64,000 nucleotides of DNA from an uncultured delta proteobacterium (GTDB taxonomy: Bacteria; Myxococcota_A; UBA9160; UBA4427). Shown piece after piece: positions 41,410 through 51,380 of this stretch. The translations under genes were made by a program, and so were the position numbers. Below the pieces are notes generated by a model that made no database searches, was not told the origin of the DNA, and saw only the letters and a list, made by a program, of their open reading frames with translations. Every line of letters starts with the position of its first letter. The stretch's first letter is position 1. The stretch spans positions 194,219-258,218 of the forward strand of contig CAWGJT010000015.1 in the NCBI GenBank assembly GCA_963822965.1, read 5' to 3'.

Positions 41410-43971
41410 ATGATCACCGCCACGCCCAGCCGACGAAGCGCAATCCTGCTCTCGCTACTTCTGCTTCCCATCTTCATCTGCGTCGATCCGGCGCAAGCAG
41501 CAACCGCGGTCGTCACCCAGATCGATCCCTTCTCCGCAACGCCGACACCGGGAAGCTGGTACGAGAACGACATTCGGGGAGCCGGCGTCGCATCGATCGA
41601 GAGTCTCGTGGGTCTCGGGGGCGCGCTCGAGAACGACGCCCCTCTCCCGACCGGCGCCGTGCGCCTGACGACGGGAGCGGACAACAACGACAAGGCAGAG
41701 ATCGGCGTGGCGGACGACTTCGGCCTCGCTGGGGACATCATCGACGGCAACCTGCAGCTCTCCTACTCCTACTACAAGGAGAGCTCCGGCAACGCCTTCG
41801 CGGCTCCCTCGATCAAGCTCGTGTTCTTCAACTTCGAGCAGCCCTGCCCTTCTCCCGACGCCGATTGCTTCGTGACCCTCGTCTACGAGCCCACCTGGAA
41901 CCAACCCGGCACCGAGGGCTCGAGCGCCGCGGTTCCGACCGGAGCCTGGACCAACGTATCGATCGCGAACACCAGCGGGCTGTTCTGGGGAACCGGCGGC
42001 TTCGGGCTGCCGAACACCGCGGGCGGCCCGCCGCTGCGAACTCTCGATGAATGGCTCACCGCCTCCGACGCCAGCTTCCAGAACGCCACTCTCGTGACAG
42101 TGAGCGTGGGCGTGGGGACGTACAACCAGGACCAGATCGGATACTTCGACGACGTGTCGCTCGTGACGACCGGACCGAGCCCCGTCGACGTGACCTACGA
42201 CTTCGAGACCCCGGCGCCGGCGCCGTTCGGCCTCTTCGTGGACCTCTTCGACTCGAGCCAGGGCGTCTCGCCGGTGCAGGCGGGCTACGTCGCCGTGGAC
42301 GCCGACGACGCGTCGGACGGCAGCCCGGTGGCCGTGAACGGCATCGACGTGTCGCTCGCCAGCGCGGGCGTCGAGACGAACGGCACCGGCGTCAACGGTC
42401 GCGACCGTGGCGCGCTCGACGTGTCGCAGCCCCTCTCGGACCTCGCGCGCGACTTCGCCTTCGCGTTCGGCGAGGACCTCGAGCTCACCCTGGACGGGCT
42501 GGCCCCGGGTATCTACGAGTGGACGGGCTACTTCCACGACCGCACCGTCGACCAGGGCGTGTCGACGCTGAGCCTCAGCGTCGACGGGGGGCTCACCTTC
42601 CCGTACGGCCCCGACGAGGTCGCCAACAGCACCGGGACGAATCCGGCGAGCATCGCGACGGACCGCATCCGGTTCCTGACCGACGGCACCGCGCCGGTGG
42701 TGATCCGGATCTCCAATCCCGACCTGCCGACGCCGAGCGTCCGACCGATCCTCGACGGCTTCGACGTCGAGGCCTCGAGCGCCCTGAAGGGTGTCTTCGT
42801 CGACTGGTTCGACTCGGGACAGGGCGCCTCGCCCGTGCAAGCGGGCTACGTCGGCGCGGACGCGGCCGACGCCTCCGACGGAACCCCGATCGTCGTCGAC
42901 GGCCTGGCGCTCTCCCTGGCGAGCGAGGGGACCGAGGTGGGCGGCACCGGCGTCGACGGACGCGACCGTGGCGCGCTCGATGCGTCCCAGCCGCTCTCCG
43001 ACCTGGCCCGGGACTTCGCCTTCGCGCTGGGCGAGGACCTGGTGCTCTCGATCGACAACGTGCAGCAGGGCACCTACGTGTGGACGGGCTACTTCCACGA
43101 CAGCAACGTCGACCAGGGTGAGGCCGAGGTGAGCCTGAGCGTGGACGGGGGATCCACCTTCCCCTTCGGACCGTACCCCTACTTCCACAGCACGGGGACG
43201 AACCCGCCGTCCATCGCGACGCAGAGCATCGTCTTCGAGACGGACGGCAAGAGCCCGGTCGTGGTGCGGATCTCGAATCCGGATCTGCCGGCACCGAGCG
43301 TCCGGCCGATCCTCGACGGCTTCGACTTCCAGCTGCTCGAGGCGAGCCGCCTGGCGGTCGATCTCTTCGACTCGAGCCAGGGCGTCTCGCCGGTACAGAC
43401 GGGCTTCGTCGGCGTCGACGCGACGGACGCGTCGGACGGCAGTCCGGTGGATCTCGGCCTCGCCCGGATCTCGCTGGCGAGCGGCGGCGTAGAGACGGAC
43501 GGAACGGGCCTCAGCGGACGCGACCGGGGCGCGCTCGCGCCGGGCCAGAACTCGAGCGACCTCGCTCGGGACTTCGCCTTCGCGTGGGGCGAGGATCTGC
43601 TGCTCACCATCGAGGGCCTGGCGGCCGACGACTACGTCTGGACCGGCATGTTCCACGACAGCAACCTGGACCAGGGCGAGGCCGAGGTCAGCCTCAGCGT
43701 CGACGGCGGGGTGACCTTCCCGATCGGACCGATCGCCTTCTTCCACAGCACGGGCACGGATCCCGACCCGCTCTCGATCGTGAGTGTCACCCTGCAGGCC
43801 AACGGAGTCGATCCGGTGGTGGTCCGGATCTCGAACTCGGACCTGCCGGTACCCAGCGTGCGGCCGATCCTCAACGGCTTCACCGTGCAAGTGCCCGAGC
43901 CGGGATTCTGGATCTCGTTCCTCTCGGGGCTCGGCCTGCTGACCGTCCTCCACCGACGCCGACGGCGGTAG
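41410..43971 (+). CDS. PEP-CTERM surface protein with three internal ~186-aa repeats
   Basis: Signal peptide; acidic, Gly/Ser/Thr-rich; ends VPEP + TM + RRRRR. Confidence 0.88.
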   Translation: MITATPSRRSAILLSLLLLPIFICVDPAQAATAVVTQIDPFSATPTPGSWYENDIRGAGVASIESLVGLGGALENDAPLPTGAVRLTTGADNNDKAEIGVADDFGLAGDIIDGNLQLSYSYYKESSGNAFAAPSIKLVFFNFEQPCPSPDADCFVTLVYEPTWNQPGTEGSSAAVPTGAWTNVSIANTSGLFWGTGGFGLPNTAGGPPLRTLDEWLTASDASFQNATLVTVSVGVGTYNQDQIGYFDDVSLVTTGPSPVDVTYDFETPAPAPFGLFVDLFDSSQGVSPVQAGYVAVDADDASDGSPVAVNGIDVSLASAGVETNGTGVNGRDRGALDVSQPLSDLARDFAFAFGEDLELTLDGLAPGIYEWTGYFHDRTVDQGVSTLSLSVDGGLTFPYGPDEVANSTGTNPASIATDRIRFLTDGTAPVVIRISNPDLPTPSVRPILDGFDVEASSALKGVFVDWFDSGQGASPVQAGYVGADAADASDGTPIVVDGLALSLASEGTEVGGTGVDGRDRGALDASQPLSDLARDFAFALGEDLVLSIDNVQQGTYVWTGYFHDSNVDQGEAEVSLSVDGGSTFPFGPYPYFHSTGTNPPSIATQSIVFETDGKSPVVVRISNPDLPAPSVRPILDGFDFQLLEASRLAVDLFDSSQGVSPVQTGFVGVDATDASDGSPVDLGLARISLASGGVETDGTGLSGRDRGALAPGQNSSDLARDFAFAWGEDLLLTIEGLAADDYVWTGMFHDSNLDQGEAEVSLSVDGGVTFPIGPIAFFHSTGTDPDPLSIVSVTLQANGVDPVVVRISNSDLPVPSVRPILNGFTVQVPEPGFWISFLSGLGLLTVLHRRRRR
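42232..43890 (+). repeat. Three tandem coding domain repeats (units start at 42232, 42793, 43351)
   Basis: Each unit runs VDxFDSxQGxSPVQxG...GRDRGAL...SDLARDFAFA...FHD...RPILxGF; spacing 561 and 558 bp. Confidence 0.9.
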
Positions 43972-43985
43972 GGAAAGCACGGGCA

Positions 43986-44016
43986 GGGCTGCGGGGCGCG
44001 AGCCGCCCCGCAGCCC
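43986..44016. terminator. Hairpin between convergent genes
   Basis: GGGCTGCGGGGCG-CGAGC-CGCCCCGCAGCCC, perfect 13-bp stem. Confidence 0.6.
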
Positions 44017-44019
44017 GTG

Positions 44020-45401
44020 TCAGCGCAGGCGTCGAACGCCGAGACCGACCATCGGCAGGGCACACAGCAGGAGCGACCAGATGAGCCCGGGGCCGGCAGG
44101 CACCGGAACGGCGACCTGCGACAGCTCGAGCAGGTCTCCGCTGGCCATGCCCTTGAAGACGCGCCTCACTCCCGCCGGAAACACGTCGATGGGCTCGCCG
44201 TTGAGGCGCGCCTCGACGGGGGCACCGGCCGGCGCCATGAACTCGGTCTTGACCACGAGACTCAACGGCACCGACGGGTTGGAGCTGATGATCTCGGTCA
44301 GGAACGAGGCGCTCGTCTCGCCCAGCGAATACGTGACGATGGCCGCCGCGTTCTGCCCGTCCCCGGGCCAGACCTCGAAGTGGCGGGTCCGGAGGAATCC
44401 AGCGACGCGCAGCGTTCCAGAAGGATCGATGGAGGGCTGGGGAATCTCGCCGAAGAGGAGCCGATCGCGGTACCACTGCTCGGCGGCGTCCTGCTGGCTG
44501 GCGGTGGGAAACCCGTGGGGCCAGAGCTGGCGCTCGCCGGGGTCCTCGATGCCGTTTCCGTTGAAGTCCTCGAACGTTGGAGAGGCGGAGTTACCCAGGT
44601 GGTAGACGACCTGGCTGCCGCCGTTCATCGCGAAGCTCGCATCGTTCACCGGCGGGCAGATCGTCTCGTTGTCGTTCACGAAGAGGTGGACCTCGACGTG
44701 GCGGCTGTTCGCCGCCGCCAGGTTCGAGGCACGCGCGAGGTAGCGGTCCAGGACCGCCGGGCCGCCGGTGTCGGGGTTGCCGATGTCCTGATCGAGGATC
44801 GAGGTGCGCGAGCCGGCTCCGTCGTGGTACCAGCCGTCCACGGGGTCGAAGCCGTAGTCGGACATGCCGAAGTACGAGGATCCGAGGCGAAAGTAGTCCG
44901 GGAAGCGCACGAGCGCGGACATCACGTTGCCGCCGCCCCCCGAATAGCCCGTGATGTGGACGTTCGTCGCATCGACGAACGCCGCGAAGTCGACCTTGAC
45001 CGATTCGACGGCGTCGTAGATGTCGTGGATCTCGAGCCCCCCGAGTCGCGCACCCCGGCGGAGCCGTCGCGACCGCGCATGGCGACGGATACGGCGAAGA
45101 AGCCCGCGTCGCGCAGCCGTTGGGCCTGGGCCCGCACGGCGTCGAGGTTGCCGTTGGTCGGCGAGTAGCCGTGCATGACGACCGCGATGGGCGCATCCGT
45201 GCGGGCGTCGTCGTAGTTGAGCTCGGCGCGCAGGTGCAGCGGCCCGATGAGAGTGCTGGAGACGGTCGAGTAGAACCAGAAGTCGGAGGTGACCGGACCC
45301 GCCCACGCCGTCGAGGGCAGAATCGAGGGAAGAAGCGCCAGCCAGAGAGCGGTAGCTCCAACGAGCCTGGAGAGCAACGACGGGTCCTTCCGCGACAGCA
45401 T
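44020..45401 (-). CDS. Secreted alpha/beta hydrolase (S9-peptidase/esterase-like) with CTERM-like anchor; frameshift in G6 run near 45040
   Basis: Signal peptide, VVMHGY, MRGRDGS, ITGYSGGG nucleophile; ends VPVPA + TM + RRLR. Confidence 0.75.
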
Positions 45402-45596
45402 GACTTGCAGGCGGCACGTGGACACCGCAGGAGCTCACGCCACCCCGAAGTATCCACGAACGGAGGGTCAGACTAACACGAAAGCGGTCGCATCGCGATC
45501 AGAACGATCCGGCGGGAGACGCTGTTGGCAGCGGGAGGCTGTTGGGCTCCCTCTGCGGCGGAGCCGCGAACCAAGACTTCGTCTCGGGTCGCGCTC

Positions 45597-46292
45597 CTAT
45601 CGGATGCGGCGACGGAGGCCGAGCGCGAGCCCCAGCACCAGGAGCAGTCCCGTACCCGGCTCGGGAACGACGACGGCGCCGTCGATGCGGGGGTTCGTGC
45701 CGGTACCGTAGATCAGCCAGCCACTGTCGTTGCCCAGCCCGGAGAAGTCGGCGGCACTCGTGTAGTCGTAGCCGAAGAGTCGGAAGGTGACGGTGGCCAC
45801 CTGCGTCCCCAGCGCCGAGACGTCGGCGTTGAGAAAGGGGGTCTGGGTGTCCGCAGCGGCCGCCGTGATATCGAAGGTCTGCAAGAAGAGATCGGAAGAC
45901 GCGAAGCCGTCCGTGCTCGCCCGCAGGTCCCAGAGCTGTGCGCCGTGGTTGCCCGTCTGGATGCCCCGGAAGAGCGCGAGCGAGATGGAGCCGTACGCGA
46001 TGCTGAAGCCCGGGTCGGCGGTGACCGTCCACTCGTAGTACTTGGTCGGATCGGGGCTCGATCCCGGCGCCCACCCGCTGGCGGCAACGAAGCCGTCCTG
46101 CGTGGTGCTGGCCCAGGCCGTGACCCCTGCCGACGCCGTGATGGCCGTCGCCGTCACGTTCCCCGCCGTCGCCAACGGATCGGCCGATTGCCCGGTCGCG
46201 CTCGCGAGGTCCCACTCGACGATCGTCACCGCGCCAGCCGGCGTCGCGGCCAGCAGCGTCAGCGCGAGAACGATCGTGATCCTGCGTACCAT
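45597..46292 (-). CDS. PEP-CTERM protein
   Basis: Signal peptide MVRRITIVLALTLLAATPAGA; ends VVPEPGTGLLLVLGLALGLRRRIR. Confidence 0.9.
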   Translation of the reverse strand: MVRRITIVLALTLLAATPAGAVTIVEWDLASATGQSADPLATAGNVTATAITASAGVTAWASTTQDGFVAASGWAPGSSPDPTKYYEWTVTADPGFSIAYGSISLALFRGIQTGNHGAQLWDLRASTDGFASSDLFLQTFDITAAAADTQTPFLNADVSALGTQVATVTFRLFGYDYTSAADFSGLGNDSGWLIYGTGTNPRIDGAVVVPEPGTGLLLVLGLALGLRRRIR

Positions 46293-46340
46293 CGGGCGAA
46301 CCTCGTACCCCACGTGCCTGCATCTCCCGTTCGTCGGGTG

Positions 46341-46356
46341 TGCAAAGGTCGTACCG
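46341..46356 (-). promoter_or_regulatory. Sigma54 promoter of the PEP-CTERM gene
   Basis: Minus strand CGGTACGACCTTTGCA (GG-N10-GC), 48 bp upstream of ATG. Confidence 0.6.
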
Positions 46357-46492
46357 GGCACGGCGAGGGCCGCCGCAGATGTGCAGGTGGCGCGCAGGAG
46401 GGGAACGAAAGCGGCGTCACCGTCGAAAGAAACCGCTCCAGGTCCGGAACCATGCGTGGAGCCCCGAACGCGCCGCGGGGTGACGAGATGTG

Positions 46493-47716
46493 TCAGTCCG
46501 GGTGACGGATCTCGCGGATCGGACCGGTTGACACTTCCAATGCGTCGAGAGCGGGACGCGAGAGGCGCGGTCCGATCCGATCCGTGGGTACGGGCGGCAC
46601 GGCCAGGGCGCCGAGGAGCCGCGCCGCACCCGAGAGTCCCAGACCGCTCAGGCTCGCGCGGCCGTCGTTCACCTCGAGGAAGTGGTCGAAGACGTCGGGA
46701 TGCCGCGCCAACGCCGCGATCAAGCGCCGCCTCAGCCCGCGCCGTGGCGCGACCGCGAGAAGCAGGCCCGTCATGCGGTAGTAGTTGGCGGAGAGTCGCC
46801 GGTATGCGCGCTCGTAGCGTTCGAGCGGCTGCCCGGCCGCCACGACCTCGACCAGGGCCCGGGCGGTCTGCAGCCCGAGGGTAATGCCCTCGCCGGTCAG
46901 GGGGTCGAGGTAGCCGGCCGCGTCGCCGACCAGCGCCACGCCGGGTGCAAAGCGCCGGCACACGCCCTGGCGGAAGGGGCCCGCTCCCCGGTCGGGACCG
47001 GTGACGGGAGCGCCGACCAGACGCTCGCACAGGACCGGGAACGACCGCAGCAGATCGTCGTAGCGACGTGCATCGCCGTTCCACATGAGGGCCACTCCCA
47101 CCTGCCGGGGCCCCACCGGCGTGACGTACGCCTCGAGCCCGCCCGCCAGGTGCACCTCCACGCAGCGCGACCAGGGGGCGACGGCGAAGTGACGGACCGT
47201 GCCGAGCCTTCGCGCGCCGCGCCACGGGCGCTCGAGCCCCGCCTGCCGCCGAATGCGACTGCGCAGCCCGTCGGCCCCCACGAGGATCCCGGCCTCCATG
47301 CGACCCGCGGACGTCACCGCCGCGATGCCGCCGCCGGGAAGCCGGTGCCACGCGTCGAGGCGGGTGTCGTAGCGAAGCTCGACGCCCAGCTCTTCGGCGC
47401 GCTGGCGCAGAGCGGACGAGAGCGCCGTCCGCCGCACGCCCCAGCCCGGTCCCGAGCGGAAGTGTCCCTCGGCGACCAGGTCGCCCTCCACGTAACGGAT
47501 GCCCTCGAAGGGCGCGAAGCCATCGGCCGGGATGCGCACACCCAGCTCTCGCAGCGCCTCGACGCCCGCAGGCATGACGCCTTCGCCGCAGGCCTTGTCG
47601 AACGGGGGCATCCGCGCATCGACCACCACCGCCCGCAGGCCGGCGCGCGCCGCGTACGAGGCCGTCGCCAGTCCGGCGGGACCGGCGCCGCAGACGAGCA
47701 GGTCAGCGGATCGCAC
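46493..47716 (-). CDS. FAD-dependent oxidoreductase/monooxygenase (FtpE/SrsC-like)
   Basis: VCGAGPAG, DKACGEG, GADGLRS, LVGDAAGYLDPLTGEG. Confidence 0.88.
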   Translation of the reverse strand: MRSADLLVCGAGPAGLATASYAARAGLRAVVVDARMPPFDKACGEGVMPAGVEALRELGVRIPADGFAPFEGIRYVEGDLVAEGHFRSGPGWGVRRTALSSALRQRAEELGVELRYDTRLDAWHRLPGGGIAAVTSAGRMEAGILVGADGLRSRIRRQAGLERPWRGARRLGTVRHFAVAPWSRCVEVHLAGGLEAYVTPVGPRQVGVALMWNGDARRYDDLLRSFPVLCERLVGAPVTGPDRGAGPFRQGVCRRFAPGVALVGDAAGYLDPLTGEGITLGLQTARALVEVVAAGQPLERYERAYRRLSANYYRMTGLLLAVAPRRGLRRRLIAALARHPDVFDHFLEVNDGRASLSGLGLSGAARLLGALAVPPVPTDRIGPRLSRPALDALEVSTGPIREIRHPD

Positions 47717-49463
47717 GGCGGGCCCGCGCGAATCCGATGGACGAGCGCGCCATGGCACCGAGCATGCGCAGCGGCGTCACGGTCGCCGGAGGCTGCAGCT
47801 CGCCGGCGAGGAGCCGACGCCCCGCCTCGGAGCGCCGGATCTTGCCGCTGGACGTGCGCGGCAGGGTTCCCGGAGGCAACACCACCACCCGCCCGGGAAC
47901 CAGGCCGAGGCGCGAGCTCACGGCGCGGCTGACGCGCGCGGCGAGGTCGTCCGACACGTCGCTGCTGGCGCGCTCCACGAGCAGTACCAGCTCCTCTCCG
48001 TCGCTCTCCTCCCCGACGATGCCCAGCGCGGCGCAGCACCCGGTACGCACGCCCGGAACCGCGTCGGCCACCTGCTCGATGTCCTGGGGCGCGTGGTTGC
48101 GTCCGCGCAGCACGATCAGGTCCTTGGCGCGACCGTAGAGGTAGAGCTCGCCTTCGAGCAGGAACCCCGTGTCTCCGGTATCGAGCCACTCGCCCCGACG
48201 AGCCGCTGCGGTCGCGTCGGGCAGGCCGTGGTAGCCCGCCATCAGCGACGGGCCACGCACCCAGACCCGCCCGATGCCGCCCGCGCAGAGCGCCTCGCCG
48301 GACTCGCCCACCACGCGCACTTCGAAGCCGGGCAGCGGACGGCCCACGCTGGCGAGGGCGTGGCCCTCGGCGGCGACTCGCGCGGTGCCCTCGCGGATGA
48401 GCGCCTCGCGATCGAAGCGGCGCACGGTGAAGGGGCGGTCGACGGCGCTGAAGGTCACCGCCAGGGTCGCCTCGGCCAGGCCGTAGACCGGCGTCAGGGC
48501 CTCGGGCCGCAGTCCGTAGGGCCGGAACCGCTCGACGAAGCGCTCGAGCACCGCCGGGGTCACGGGCTCGGCTCCGTTCAGGGCCACACGCCACGACGAC
48601 AGGTCGAGCCCCTCGATCTCGTCGTCGCGGATGCGGTCGACGCACAGCGCGTAGGCGAAGTTCGGTGCGGGGCTGATCGTGCCCCCGTAGCGGGCGATCG
48701 CCCGCAGCCACAACGCGGGTCGGGCCACGAAGAGCTCCGGCGGGATGAGCACCAGAGAGCCGGGATGATCCACGGCCGAGAGCACGCCTCCCACCAGCCC
48801 CATGTCGTGGTACAGGGGCAGCCAGCTCACACCGAGGTGGCGCAGCGGGGCGCCGTCGGGCTGCCGCCCCTCCGGATGCGCGGCGGTGATGGCGCCCAGG
48901 ATGGCGCGCACGTTCGCCAGGATCTGCCGGTGCGTGAGCGCCACCGGCTTCGGATCCCGTGTGGTCCCCGACGAGAACTGGATGAAGGCCACGTCGTCGG
49001 GATCGCGCGGCACGGGGTCGATGTCGCGGCCGAACAGCTGTGCCACGACCCGGCAGCCGAGCTCCGGGCGGGTGCGCTCGACGCTCTCTCCGAGCAGCCG
49101 GCGGATGCGCCGGTCGGAGAGGACCAGTCGCGCGCCGCAGGCGGCGAGCATCGCCGCCGTGCGCGCGTGGAACTCGTCCAGCCGGCCCAGGCGCACCGGC
49201 GGGTAGAGCGGCACGGGCACCGCACCCGCCAGCACCGCGCCGAAGAACGCGTCCATGAAGTCCGGCGAGGTGGGGAGCACGATCGCCACGCGGTCGCCCG
49301 GCACCACCCCGGCGTCGACGAGCCCACCGGCGACGCGGCGCGCCCGCTCCAGGATCTCGCGGTAGGTGAGGGTCTCCGCCTGCTCGTCGCGGCCCACGAA
49401 GTGGACGCACTCCTCGGAGCGAGCTGCCGCAGAGAGCCGCTCCGCCAGGGTCGATTCAGTCAT
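47703..49463 (-). CDS. Fatty acyl-AMP ligase (FtpD-like)
   Basis: IQFSSGTT, SWLPLYHDMGL, APNFAY, PVYGLAEATL, LDTGD, PRTSSGK. Confidence 0.92.
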   Translation of the reverse strand: MTESTLAERLSAAARSEECVHFVGRDEQAETLTYREILERARRVAGGLVDAGVVPGDRVAIVLPTSPDFMDAFFGAVLAGAVPVPLYPPVRLGRLDEFHARTAAMLAACGARLVLSDRRIRRLLGESVERTRPELGCRVVAQLFGRDIDPVPRDPDDVAFIQFSSGTTRDPKPVALTHRQILANVRAILGAITAAHPEGRQPDGAPLRHLGVSWLPLYHDMGLVGGVLSAVDHPGSLVLIPPELFVARPALWLRAIARYGGTISPAPNFAYALCVDRIRDDEIEGLDLSSWRVALNGAEPVTPAVLERFVERFRPYGLRPEALTPVYGLAEATLAVTFSAVDRPFTVRRFDREALIREGTARVAAEGHALASVGRPLPGFEVRVVGESGEALCAGGIGRVWVRGPSLMAGYHGLPDATAAARRGEWLDTGDTGFLLEGELYLYGRAKDLIVLRGRNHAPQDIEQVADAVPGVRTGCCAALGIVGEESDGEELVLLVERASSDVSDDLAARVSRAVSSRLGLVPGRVVVLPPGTLPRTSSGKIRRSEAGRRLLAGELQPPATVTPLRMLGAMARSSIGFARARRAIR

Positions 49464-49716
49464 GATGCTCCTTGCCGGCAGCCGTGTGCCGCTCGATCCG
49501 ATCGACGAGGTCGCCGATCCGGACGATCCCGCTCTCGTCGTCGCCGTCGAAGCAGATGCGGAACTCGTTCTCGATCTCGACGACCAGGGTCAGCAGACCC
49601 AGGGAGTCGAGCTGCAGGTCGGCCGTCAGGTCGGACGCCTCGCTCACCGGCTCTCGCACGCTGAGGTGGACTTCCAGGATCTTGCGGACGCCTTCCAGGA
49701 TCTCTCCTCGGCTCAT
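49456..49716 (-). CDS. Acyl carrier protein (FtpC-like)
   Basis: 86 aa, acidic, DLQLDSL phosphopantetheine site. Confidence 0.88.
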   Translation of the reverse strand: MSRGEILEGVRKILEVHLSVREPVSEASDLTADLQLDSLGLLTLVVEIENEFRICFDGDDESGIVRIGDLVDRIERHTAAGKEHHD

Positions 49717-50300
49717 CGGTTCTCCAGGGCCCGGGGCTTCGGCAGCAAGGGGGATCTCTCGGCGCGCGCCTCCACACCGGAAGCGAGGGCGGCCAGCGTG
49801 CGCTCCTCGCAGCGGATGCGAACGGCGAGGAGCCACGCGTTCCCCAGCGAGAAGATCAACGCCGTGATCCACGCGCCGTGGATCAGGGGCAGCGCGAGGC
49901 CCTCGGCAGCCACGGCCAGGTAGTTCGGGTGACGCAAAAAGCGGTAGGGACCGGTCGTGACCACGGGGGCTCCCGGAATCACGTACACCCGCGTCGTCCA
50001 GCGCCGTCCCAACGCCTTCATGCACCACATCCGCACCCCCTGGGCGGCGACCAGCACGCCGCAGAGCGGAACGGCGAGAACGGGATCGAAGGGCCGATGC
50101 AGCAGCACCACCTCGAGGCCGGAGCCCACCAGCAGGAAGACGTGCAGGGCCACCATCGCCGGATAGTGACCGCCGCCCGCCTCGACGGCGCCGCGCTCCA
50201 GGACCCAGGCCGCATTGCGGCGGCTCACCACGAGCTCGCCCAGCCGCTGCAGGGCGACGAGAAGCAGCAGTCCGAGATAGGCGGCCGTCGTGCCTACCAC
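49713..50300 (-). CDS. ICMT-family O-methyltransferase (FtpB/SrsB/BpsB-like)
   Basis: QRLGELVVSRRN, HYPAMVALH, GPYRFLRHPNY, RIRCEE. Confidence 0.9.
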   Translation of the reverse strand: MVGTTAAYLGLLLLVALQRLGELVVSRRNAAWVLERGAVEAGGGHYPAMVALHVFLLVGSGLEVVLLHRPFDPVLAVPLCGVLVAAQGVRMWCMKALGRRWTTRVYVIPGAPVVTTGPYRFLRHPNYLAVAAEGLALPLIHGAWITALIFSLGNAWLLAVRIRCEERTLAALASGVEARAERSPLLPKPRALENR

Positions 50301-51340
50301 CGCAGCAGTACCAGCTCGGCGCAGAAGCCGGGCCCCATCGAGAGCAGCAGACCGAACGACCCCGGCGGCGGACGCCGCTCCGCCAGCGTGTCCGCGAGCA
50401 CCATCAGAACCGACGCGCTGGACAGGTTGCCCAGCTCGGCCAGGCTCTTCCACGTGAGCGCGAAGGTCTCCCGCGGTTGGTCCAGGGCCTCCTCGAAGGC
50501 GGTCAGCACCTTGGGACCGCCGGGATGGCACACGAAGCTCGTGACGTCTGCGAGCGCCAGGCCGTGCTCCTCGAGGAAGTCGTCGACGTCCGGACGAATG
50601 CGCCGGGCGATCGCCGGCACCTCGCCAGAGAGCACGACCCGGAATCCCTCGCTCGTCACGTCCCAGCCCATCACGCCTTCCGTGTCCGGGTAGAAGACGG
50701 AGCGCGTCGCCAGCACCTCGGGACCGTCTCCCGGAAGATCGCTTCCCGTCATGATCACCGCCGCTGCCCCGTCGCCGAAGAGGCCGCTGGCGATGATGTT
50801 GGGCAGGGAGAAGTCCTGCTGTTGGAGCGTCAGGCTGCACAGCTCGACGCACAAGAGGGCCGCCACCTCGTCGGGATGTCCCTTCAGGTAGTCCGCGACC
50901 CGCGCGATCCCCGCGGCACCCGCGACGCATCCCAGACCGAAGATCGGGACGCGCTTCAGGTCGTCGGGCAGGTCCATGCGGTTCATCAGCCGCGCGTCGA
51001 TGGAGGGGGTGGCGATGCCCGTGACCGACGCCGTGGTGAGGTGCCGCAGCTCGCGGGCGCGCCGCCCCGCCCGCGCCAGGCCGTCCTGCAGGGCACGCGC
51101 GCCCAGCGGGACGGCGCAGCGCACGAAGGCGTCGTTCTTGGCCGTGAACGAGTCGAGCTTCTCGTACTCGTCGACGGGCAGCGCCAGATGGCGTCCACCC
51201 ACCCGGACGTTGCGATGCAGCTGCTCCAGACGATCGCTGTTGTGGAAGCGCGTCCCCCAGAGCCTTCGGAACGCGGCGAGCAGCTCGTCCTGGTCGTAGT
51301 AGTGGTCGGGAAACGCCCGTCCGACGGCGGCGATACGCAT
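50294..51340 (-). CDS. Type III polyketide synthase (FtpA/SrsA/BpsA-like)
   Basis: Cys-His-Asn triad: GLGCVAG, HPGG, GNLSS; LFGDGAAA; MGPGF. Confidence 0.95.
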   Translation of the reverse strand: MRIAAVGRAFPDHYYDQDELLAAFRRLWGTRFHNSDRLEQLHRNVRVGGRHLALPVDEYEKLDSFTAKNDAFVRCAVPLGARALQDGLARAGRRARELRHLTTASVTGIATPSIDARLMNRMDLPDDLKRVPIFGLGCVAGAAGIARVADYLKGHPDEVAALLCVELCSLTLQQQDFSLPNIIASGLFGDGAAAVIMTGSDLPGDGPEVLATRSVFYPDTEGVMGWDVTSEGFRVVLSGEVPAIARRIRPDVDDFLEEHGLALADVTSFVCHPGGPKVLTAFEEALDQPRETFALTWKSLAELGNLSSASVLMVLADTLAERRPPPGSFGLLLSMGPGFCAELVLLRW

Positions 51341-51380
51341 GGGAATCGGCTTCTCCTGGAGCAGTAGGCGGCAGCGACTT

